A DNA stretch of 64,000 nt from a virus. The stretch lies in IMG/VR virus record IMGVR_UViG_3300050343_000212. One strand, 5' to 3'. Below, one piece after another: positions 56,363-64,000 of this stretch (its first letter is position 1; each line of letters opens with the position of its first letter). The notes under the pieces were generated by a model. It worked only from the letters and a program-made list of their open reading frames with translations, made no database searches and had not been told where the DNA came from. A program made the position numbers and the translations under genes.

Positions 56363-56895
56363 CAGTTTACCCCCTGCAGAATGCCAAGAGTTACATCAAT
56401 ACCATTATTGATATCAGAATAAACACGAAGTTCATCTGCCGCCAATAAAATTGTCTTACCAGCGTCACTAATTACGAATGAACTTCCGGTCGGAACAGGA
56501 ATTTCATGAGCGATGTTTGATCTGCTAGAACCAGAAACAACCTCAACAAATATGTTGACATTACTTTTTGTTATGTTAGCGAATGTGCCACCAATAAGAA
56601 TTGATTTAGTACCACCAGGTGAAGTGTAACAGGTCGTTGGACCCAAAAAGTTAACACTTTGTGTGGTTGCGGTAGCACTATTGGTGGATGTGCTATTTAC
56701 AGTAACTTGACCAACACCAATTCCAGATACCTTAGTTCCACCTCGGAAGTTTTGGTTGTCAACCATATAACCAAGACCCACATTCAGAGTAGAAATACCT
56801 GTAATTGTGGTTGCATTAGCTGCAATAGTTCCAGCTAGGTTTGTCTCAACAATACCTGCCGATGGTGTGAGTGAATTTACAAATACTTCTGCCAT
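56362..56895 (-). CDS. Tail adaptor protein
   Basis: 177 aa; YTSPGGTKSILIG...IPVPTGSSFVISDAGKTIL...DELRV. Confidence 0.65.
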   Translation of the reverse strand: MAEVFVNSLTPSAGIVETNLAGTIAANATTITGISTLNVGLGYMVDNQNFRGGTKVSGIGVGQVTVNSTSTNSATATTQSVNFLGPTTCYTSPGGTKSILIGGTFANITKSNVNIFVEVVSGSSRSNIAHEIPVPTGSSFVISDAGKTILLAADELRVYSDINNGIDVTLGILQGVN

Positions 56896-56915
56896 TTTTC
56901 TTTAAGTGTTAGGAA

Positions 56916-56922
56916 TATTTAT
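56916..56922 (-). promoter_or_regulatory. Late promoter
   Basis: ATAAATA upstream of 56895. Confidence 0.6.
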
Positions 56923-57785
56923 CAACTACCGAGAGCGATAGCAAGACCAATCGAAACTCCAGATTGAATGGTTGCGGTAACAATTCCAGCATGTACTGAA
57001 GATGCTACTACACCCGAACCGCTTGAGGAGTTGATGTTTATCTGAGTAACCCCAGAACCCACAAATGTACCTTCGGCACCAAGACCAATTGTACCACCAG
57101 CGGTAGCGGTAACACCTGTCAGATTGGAACCATCACCGAAGTAAGTTACAACACCAGATGTTGATGTGACTTGACCATTTGAAACCTGTACTGTTCCAAG
57201 TGTTGAAATACCACTAATATTGATATTTCTACCATTAGCCTCATCATAACTAATGTCACCACCAATGGTCAGATCAGAGGTAATTGTGGCTGCACCACCA
57301 ACAACCAGGTTAGAGGCAATTGAGGTTGCACCACCAATGATCACATCAGAGGTAATTGTGGCTGCACCGCCAACAACAAGATTACCCGAACTTAAATTGA
57401 CATCACCAGAGAAAACAGCGTTATAACCACTGAGGTCTCCAGTAAAAACAACATTACCACCATCAACATATAGTGAAGTAAGTCCACTACCCACATTAGA
57501 AATGTGAACATTATGATGTGGTGTAGCTGTATTGAAACCTAATCTTCCTGATTGAACATCAGCAAGAAGTACGGTTCCACCACTACCAACTTTAAGTGTA
57601 TCTTGGATAGTTGCAAATCCAACTACAGTTGAATTCCCAAGTGCCTTAAAATCCCCTCCAACTTCCAGGAGAGCATTAGGTTGAGTGGAACCTATACCGA
57701 CTTTATTTTGGTCAGATGAAGCAAAAATTAGATCATTTGCTACTTCTATTCCATTTTTGACTACAAAATTCTTGTTTACAGCCAT
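56922..57785 (-). CDS. Tail fibre protein
   Basis: MAVNKNFVVKNGIEV; duplicated NLVVGGAATITSD; YFGDGSNLTGV; ends GVSIGLAIALGS. Confidence 0.75.
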   Translation of the reverse strand: MAVNKNFVVKNGIEVANDLIFASSDQNKVGIGSTQPNALLEVGGDFKALGNSTVVGFATIQDTLKVGSGGTVLLADVQSGRLGFNTATPHHNVHISNVGSGLTSLYVDGGNVVFTGDLSGYNAVFSGDVNLSSGNLVVGGAATITSDVIIGGATSIASNLVVGGAATITSDLTIGGDISYDEANGRNINISGISTLGTVQVSNGQVTSTSGVVTYFGDGSNLTGVTATAGGTIGLGAEGTFVGSGVTQININSSSGSGVVASSVHAGIVTATIQSGVSIGLAIALGS

Positions 57786-57820
57786 TTGTCTCCGTTAGGT
57801 TTCACTATCCACCTGATAGT

Positions 57821-57827
57821 TATTTAT
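57821..57827 (-). promoter_or_regulatory. Late promoter
   Basis: ATAAATA upstream of 57785. Confidence 0.6.
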
Positions 57828-60616
57828 AAGTTTCCAATAATGGTCGCTTCTCTGATAAAGGTATTGGATGTTCCTCCACCTCTGACGAACCACACTCTCC
57901 ACTGAGTAGAGTTCTGTTTCTGTATCGCTCCTGCTCGCATGTCTGGATCGGTTGAACCACCAGCAGCTGTGAGATCTGATGTAACGTCAATAGTAAGACC
58001 AGTATAGTCAGCATCCATTGTGACGAGATAATGTTTAGCACCGGTATCACCTGGTTGACCATTACCACTCTCAGACTGAGCAGATACACTAACAATATTA
58101 CCAGTACTTGTAAGAGAAGTAGTTCTCTTAGGTCTAACTCTGTTATCAAAGAAGTGTACGAACTGGGAAGTTTCCGTTCTCATGGTAATTTTAGCCAGTC
58201 CAGTTGAACCACCAAGACGAGTTGATATAACCTCTACACTACCATCATTGTATCCTGATCCACCTCCACCACCCTGGCTGGATGATTGTCCACCATCACC
58301 ACCTGATGCACCATTACCACCTTGTCCACCACCAGCTATACCAGCACCAGCTGTTGAAGTGACGGTATATCCAGGTTTAAATCCCCTAATGATAGAAGAA
58401 CTTGAATTAATAGTTGTCCCATCAATGTTGACATACTTAATCTCACTTGAACTATTATTACTACAAGCCGAGATAGCCTGGTTTATCCAATAAGAACCCT
58501 TGGTACAAGTAATAGTTTTACCACCCTGGTTTTGAATTGCTAAGGTATCACCACTCTGCAAACTAACGCTAGATGGTGTTATTGAACCATATACACCATT
58601 CAGTGACAGTGATGAATACTGACCACCGGAATTACCATTATTACCACCATCACCACCAGAACCATTTGCACCACCACCGGCACCACCTGATACTGAAGAT
58701 GTAGCGTTTCCACCTTCACCAACAACAGCGATAAGAGTTGAACCACGATACAAAAATACAGCCGAATTATTTGAGATACCAATCACGGTATACTCAATAT
58801 CTTTTTCAGCTGTAAATTTGATAGTTGCAGTTCCACCTTCTCCACCATTAGAACCAGATCCCTTAGAACCAAACATGTTCATGATGATAGGGTTGTTCCT
58901 CTCTACTGAGTGGAATTGAATGATATTATACTGTGATCCAAAAGTGTTCTGATCAAGTGTAAATTCAGGATTACTATCAAAGTCTACATCTTTTGTTGCA
59001 TAGTCATTAGCGAAAGTATAAGCTTCAAAAGTAATCAGTGGTCTTGGTGAGACCACTGTCATAGTTACAGTGTTAGTATTCTGAGGTGAATTGAACGACT
59101 GTGGGTGTGATACCTCACAATATAGATTCTGAACAGTATTATTACCAGCTTCGGGTAGTGACCTATTATGATCAATAGCCCATCTCTCACCAGACATAGT
59201 AGAATAGTAGAGATTCATTCCATTATCTCTACACTTCTTAGTGAACTCATTTATTGATGCTCTGACATTAATCTGAACAGTTCTACCACCAATACCATAG
59301 ACGATTGGTGAAAGGAAGTTAAATCCCCAACTCCTCACCAGTGTTGCCTGTCTTCCTGGTCCAAGACTATTAGTCATGTCAAAGGCAACTCTGAATGAGT
59401 TTGCACTGAGTCTCTGTGGGTAACCTGGTGAAACTGCAATAGAATTGTCACCTGCAATTAGACCACTTGCCCTAGTTGAAGTGTTGTTAACATATGCCTC
59501 AAGATCAACATCGCCTGTTGATCCTAACTGGGTGAAAGTAATATCATATCCAATACTTCCGATTGGGTGACTTTCAGTTCCACTAGGAACATTGATAAAT
59601 CTATTTACTGAGATAAGAATATTAGAACCGGTTGGATCTGATACACTTACACTCCCACTATTGTCTGTAATTGATATTGGTCCACCAAATGAATCATCAA
59701 TTGCCAGAGAGACCGAAGTACCAGCTGGAGCATTATTCAATCCAGTCAGAGTGAACCAATCACTTGTCTGGTTTGTATCACCAACGTCCAAATTTATAGC
59801 TTGTATAGGATATGCAAGACCATCACTAGTGTATGATGAAGGCACCTTCAGAAGACTATCGGAAAATTGTGGTGGTTGTAAGAGATAGAATGGTCTTTGT
59901 GGGTAACTTGATCTAAAGGAGGACCAATCACTATCAATTGTAGATTGACTCTCAAGAGTCAACCCAAGGACACTAATACAAACTGCTGGACCACCAGTTG
60001 TTACATTTTCATCAACAGCAACTTTAACACTATCTGTGTTAGTTCCACTATATGTAAATCCAGCTACACCACCATCATTCCTGATTGAACCATCAAAATA
60101 CCATTGATACTCGATACCAGTTGTTAATCCATTCTCCAGTTGAGCTTCAACTGTATATGTTACATCATCACCAGAAGCAACAGTTTGAGTTACTGGTTGA
60201 GTCAGGATCTGAATGTTTTTGATCAGTTCAATTGTACCAGTATCTGACTGAAGTGGTTCATTATTTGCCTGTGATTCACCAGTTGCTGGAATATAATCCG
60301 TCTTCAGATAGACTCTTGAGTTGTCGTTACTTAGTGGAATATTATCAAGAGTAAGTATCGAAGAATTACCAACACTTACTATTGATACAGATGGTGATGT
60401 CATTGAACTATTCAGTTCACTATCATCCAGATACCATTTGAAATCAAATGTTCCTCCCACATTATCATTTGGATATGTGGCAGTTGTAATACCTGAAAAT
60501 GTGACAACACCTGTTATATGTTGTTTTGTGTCTGTTACTTGTTCTAGATACCCTAAACTAGGTCCATTCAACTTTAGTGTTGTAGGAACGGACCTATTAA
60601 ATTTGAACCCTATCAT
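57824..60616 (-). CDS. Ig-domain, Gly-rich structural protein
   Basis: I-set-like ILTQPVTQTV...YQWYFDG; second FKWYL..Ig; Gly-rich C-terminal part. Confidence 0.7.
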   Translation of the reverse strand: MIGFKFNRSVPTTLKLNGPSLGYLEQVTDTKQHITGVVTFSGITTATYPNDNVGGTFDFKWYLDDSELNSSMTSPSVSIVSVGNSSILTLDNIPLSNDNSRVYLKTDYIPATGESQANNEPLQSDTGTIELIKNIQILTQPVTQTVASGDDVTYTVEAQLENGLTTGIEYQWYFDGSIRNDGGVAGFTYSGTNTDSVKVAVDENVTTGGPAVCISVLGLTLESQSTIDSDWSSFRSSYPQRPFYLLQPPQFSDSLLKVPSSYTSDGLAYPIQAINLDVGDTNQTSDWFTLTGLNNAPAGTSVSLAIDDSFGGPISITDNSGSVSVSDPTGSNILISVNRFINVPSGTESHPIGSIGYDITFTQLGSTGDVDLEAYVNNTSTRASGLIAGDNSIAVSPGYPQRLSANSFRVAFDMTNSLGPGRQATLVRSWGFNFLSPIVYGIGGRTVQINVRASINEFTKKCRDNGMNLYYSTMSGERWAIDHNRSLPEAGNNTVQNLYCEVSHPQSFNSPQNTNTVTMTVVSPRPLITFEAYTFANDYATKDVDFDSNPEFTLDQNTFGSQYNIIQFHSVERNNPIIMNMFGSKGSGSNGGEGGTATIKFTAEKDIEYTVIGISNNSAVFLYRGSTLIAVVGEGGNATSSVSGGAGGGANGSGGDGGNNGNSGGQYSSLSLNGVYGSITPSSVSLQSGDTLAIQNQGGKTITCTKGSYWINQAISACSNNSSSEIKYVNIDGTTINSSSSIIRGFKPGYTVTSTAGAGIAGGGQGGNGASGGDGGQSSSQGGGGGSGYNDGSVEVISTRLGGSTGLAKITMRTETSQFVHFFDNRVRPKRTTSLTSTGNIVSVSAQSESGNGQPGDTGAKHYLVTMDADYTGLTIDVTSDLTAAGGSTDPDMRAGAIQKQNSTQWRVWFVRGGGTSNTFIREATIIGNL

Positions 60617-63600
60617 GAGAAGTTTTGACCTCCGACTACACCATACAGTGAAGTTCCACCATCAAATGTCATGAATGAATAGATATCAACTCTACCAGCT
60701 ACAGTTGTTACTATAGGTGTGATTCCACCTGGCCAGTACACTGGTATCACAGAACTACTCTCTGTCCTAAAGTTATCTATATCAACTGTATAGGGTGTTG
60801 TTGCGTCCTGTGTAATTTTGAGGGTAAATGCTGTTGTGGAATTCAAAGCCGCCCCTTTCAGTGTAAATGATGTGACATTCTCACTAGTTGTCAGAAGGAA
60901 CGACTGACCTATTGATAGATCGAGTTCTACATCATTAGCAGATGATGTGACAGTTTGTGCAATTTCATGATAGGAATTGAATCTAGCTCTACCATCAACA
61001 TCTAGTGCAGATCTAGCAACTGTAGTTCCAATACCAACACCAGTAGATGTTACCGAGAGGATTGTAGAACCGGCTCCAGATTGAATGGTCGTAGATGTAA
61101 CAACACCAGCGGTAATTGTACCGGATGTGTTATCTAAGTCAAATGGTCCAGTTGCTGTCAGTGCTCCACCAACAATAACTCCACTATCAAACCTTGATAT
61201 ACCATCAAATCTAGATTCATTACCAACATATAGTGAAGTTTGTGCTGTACCGGCGGAGTGAACTTGACCATAAATGTCTCCAGTACTAACACCTAATCCG
61301 AGTTTGATGTTTACATCGTCCTTGATATAGACGAAGGCGTTTCCTCCACCCTTTTGCCAAATACTATCCTGGTTGGTAATACCAGAACCATCACCATAAA
61401 TTGTGAATCCAGTACCAATACGAACATCACCTTCGATATTCAGTTTGAGACCATTAGCTGTGGTTCCAAGACCAACACCACCATCGCCATCAATAGTGAA
61501 TAGTGATGAACCAGAACCAACCTGGAATGTCTGATTGGGTAGAATATCTTCAGTTCCAACACCAATCTTATCAAACAACATTTCACTGCCATTTGGATTA
61601 ATACTGATAGCACCGAATGGATACCAACCACTCTCAATAGAGTAATTCCATCCGATTGTTCCACCCTTGCTTGGATTTGCGTTATAAACAACATCACCAG
61701 GATTACCAGCCAATACTGGAGTTCCGAGTCCTACAGTGTACTTTCTAGATACAACTGTGTCACCCTGGAGGAACATAGAGTTAACCTCAATACCCTCATC
61801 TGAAGTGGATGTAATCTTCTCGGTGAAGACCACAGGACCATTAAATTCTGATAGGATATTATTCTGAGTACCACCCTCAACCTTAAGACCTCTGGATATA
61901 GTAGCGTCAAGTGGGTTAATGACATCAACACCAGACTCAGCACCAATGGTAAATATGTCTTCACCAGTAATAGTAGGAACTGGAGTATCAAATACCTCTT
62001 CCTTACCAGTGTTAGAGGAAATTCTCTTGTTGCCAATATAGAAGTCACCCTGATCATTCATACCAGTGTAGACACTGACACCACCATTAGATCTGAATGA
62101 CTGAGACAACAACTGTTCAGTCAGACCAGGTTGTGCCGCCTGTCTCTGTGGAAGTGACGTTGAGTAGTTACCAGGACCATATCCAAGATACTCAAACGTA
62201 TGTCCAGAAGCTCTGATAATTGATGTTCTTCTAAGTTCAACAGGTTGAATATGAATCTTTCTAATGACAGATCCTTGAACATGAGTTGAAGTTCTGGTAC
62301 CAAGAATACCTCTAAAAACCTTAATTGGATTGGAGTTAACGGTGGTTTTAACTCTCATAATCTCATTGTTAATTCTTACATAATCACCAATATTGAAGTT
62401 AAAGTTGTTCAGATTTTCAATCTCAATCTCATCAATTGATGTATTAATGATAGGAGAAGACAATACTGTGGAGATACCAGCGTAAGAGTTGGAAGTTCTA
62501 CCACCAAAATTTTCATCATACAGAGTAAATGTACCACCTTGAGGTGAAGTACCCACGTAGTAACCAGCAAGTGTACCGGAGGCTACTTGAGAACTCGTAC
62601 TAATCCCAATATCAATATTAAATTTATTAAGGTTCGTTACCTGTGTTATCGTAAAGTTTCTATTAAAGAAATTATTGGTAGATCCACCAATTCTAATTAC
62701 ATTATCAGAAACCAATCCATGATTCTGTATGGTAGTAACACTAGCAATACCAACGATTGGGTCGTAGTCGATACTATCAATGTCTAATCTAGGACCAGTG
62801 ACCCTAGAACAAGAGTTGACCGTCACATCTCCACCAATAGGAGTAGTTGAATATCCAACAATAAGATTGGCTGATGTAAGAGATACCTTATTAGCTGTAG
62901 AGATTCCACTAATTGAGTAAAATCCGTTGTAGGTCGAGAAAGCAGAATTGATACCACAGATTCTAAGTGTATCACCAACATTATTTTGAATAGCAGATAC
63001 TGTAACCTGACCACCAGAGAATCCAGTAGTGGTAGCTGTACCTGTGACATTCAATACGTCACCTACATTATAGTTAGAACCACCACTGATGATCTTGACA
63101 TCTGCAATTGAACCATTGTTATCAACTGTAATTCTTGATGTAGCTTCTTTACCAGGTAATGTATTTGAACTCAGAATTGCGTTATAGATATTTTCGCCTG
63201 CACCTGTACCGTTACCATAACCGGTACCAGGTATGGATATTGATACTCTAGCAATACTATTATACCCATGTTCACGATCTAAGGTAATTTCGTGATCAGT
63301 CTCTGAAGTTGATACAATACTGGTGACATTTTGAGCCAGGTGATAAGATTTTTCTACTCTCTCAACACCGACTTTTGTAATACTATTTTTGGGGTCATTG
63401 ACTTCGACACTACCCAAAATATTGGAGAGTGCATATGTTTGTGCTGAAGGAGCGTCACTTACTGGATTATCTCTATCAAGTTGAGGATAAAGATTGACAA
63501 TAGGTGAGGAGAAGGAGAACTCTTCAGAATCATTAAAAGGAGCAACGGATGGGGTGTTTCCAGAATCAATAATGGTCAGATAGTAAATACCATCTTGTTC

Positions 63601-64000
63601 TCCGGTCTTATACTCTTTGATCTGTTCAACATCATAAACGTAGAATGTCTTATCACTTCGTTTAGTTTTGAATGTCGGAAGATCGGTTGTTCTTGCAGAT
63701 GTATTATTTGTGAATGTTCCGGGATCAATTGATTGAGAAACAAGGAATGTGTGAGAACTGGAAATACCAATAACAACCTTAGAACCATTATATGCTGAAC
63801 CTGCAACACCAGTTGGATTTTCTGTACTGGTCACATTATTAATGACAAGTTTAGAACCAGTTACAAGGTTGTGTGGTTGTTCTGAGGTATAGTAGGCTGT
63901 TCCATTATTCCAGTTAGCGTCGCGAAGGAAACTTAAGTTTCTCATCTGAGACTGGTTGGACATAGTGACCGAACCAGGATTATATTTAAGTGCAATTTCA
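60613..64000 (-). CDS. Giant structural/tail protein, C-terminal part (continues beyond window end)
   Basis: Frame is open from 63999; ASGHTFEYLGYGPGNYSTSLP...GMNDQGDFYIGNK; ends WPGG..P...DIYSFMTFDGG...GQNFS. Confidence 0.78.
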   Translation of the reverse strand, partial: EIALKYNPGSVTMSNQSQMRNLSFLRDANWNNGTAYYTSEQPHNLVTGSKLVINNVTSTENPTGVAGSAYNGSKVVIGISSSHTFLVSQSIDPGTFTNNTSARTTDLPTFKTKRSDKTFYVYDVEQIKEYKTGEQDGIYYLTIIDSGNTPSVAPFNDSEEFSFSSPIVNLYPQLDRDNPVSDAPSAQTYALSNILGSVEVNDPKNSITKVGVERVEKSYHLAQNVTSIVSTSETDHEITLDREHGYNSIARVSISIPGTGYGNGTGAGENIYNAILSSNTLPGKEATSRITVDNNGSIADVKIISGGSNYNVGDVLNVTGTATTTGFSGGQVTVSAIQNNVGDTLRICGINSAFSTYNGFYSISGISTANKVSLTSANLIVGYSTTPIGGDVTVNSCSRVTGPRLDIDSIDYDPIVGIASVTTIQNHGLVSDNVIRIGGSTNNFFNRNFTITQVTNLNKFNIDIGISTSSQVASGTLAGYYVGTSPQGGTFTLYDENFGGRTSNSYAGISTVLSSPIINTSIDEIEIENLNNFNFNIGDYVRINNEIMRVKTTVNSNPIKVFRGILGTRTSTHVQGSVIRKIHIQPVELRRTSIIRASGHTFEYLGYGPGNYSTSLPQRQAAQPGLTEQLLSQSFRSNGGVSVYTGMNDQGDFYIGNKRISSNTGKEEVFDTPVPTITGEDIFTIGAESGVDVINPLDATISRGLKVEGGTQNNILSEFNGPVVFTEKITSTSDEGIEVNSMFLQGDTVVSRKYTVGLGTPVLAGNPGDVVYNANPSKGGTIGWNYSIESGWYPFGAISINPNGSEMLFDKIGVGTEDILPNQTFQVGSGSSLFTIDGDGGVGLGTTANGLKLNIEGDVRIGTGFTIYGDGSGITNQDSIWQKGGGNAFVYIKDDVNIKLGLGVSTGDIYGQVHSAGTAQTSLYVGNESRFDGISRFDSGVIVGGALTATGPFDLDNTSGTITAGVVTSTTIQSGAGSTILSVTSTGVGIGTTVARSALDVDGRARFNSYHEIAQTVTSSANDVELDLSIGQSFLLTTSENVTSFTLKGAALNSTTAFTLKITQDATTPYTVDIDNFRTESSSVIPVYWPGGITPIVTTVAGRVDIYSFMTFDGGTSLYGVVGGQNFS

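Noticed and set aside
1-64000. tRNA, rRNA, transposase or invertase genes
   Set aside because: No T-loop GTTCRANYC cloverleafs or recombinase motifs spotted by eye; a tRNAscan-SE/ARAGORN run would be needed to exclude tRNAs

Overview
A 64 kb segment of a T4-like cyanobacterial myovirus (Kyanoviridae-type cyanomyovirus) with essentially every gene on the minus strand. In transcription order (right to left) it has four parts. (1) 64.0-37.2 kb: a late, hypervariable tail-fibre/receptor-binding island of modular Gly-rich, Ig-like and beta-rich proteins, adaptors, fibre chaperones and 2OG-Fe(II) oxygenases, most cassettes with their own TAAATA late promoter. (2) 37.0-24.4 kb: an early region of small ORFs, an SF2 helicase, a ligase-like protein, an HExxH protein and a CP12-like protein. 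It is driven by canonical sigma70 promoters plus seven copies of a non-canonical ~38-bp element, and includes a non-coding patch with an antisense promoter and clustered DnaA-box-like 9-mers. (3) 24.4-22.2 kb: conserved cyanomyovirus hypotheticals. (4) 22.2-0 kb: baseplate genes (gp25, gp6, giant gp7-like), fibre proteins and a subtilisin-like protease that runs off the window edge. Several accessory stretches (26-28.3, 38-41.2, 45-46.4 kb) contain frameshifts that look like uncorrected sequencing indels. No tRNA, rRNA, CRISPR array or transposase was recognised. All family assignments come from motif recognition by eye; no database searches were run.
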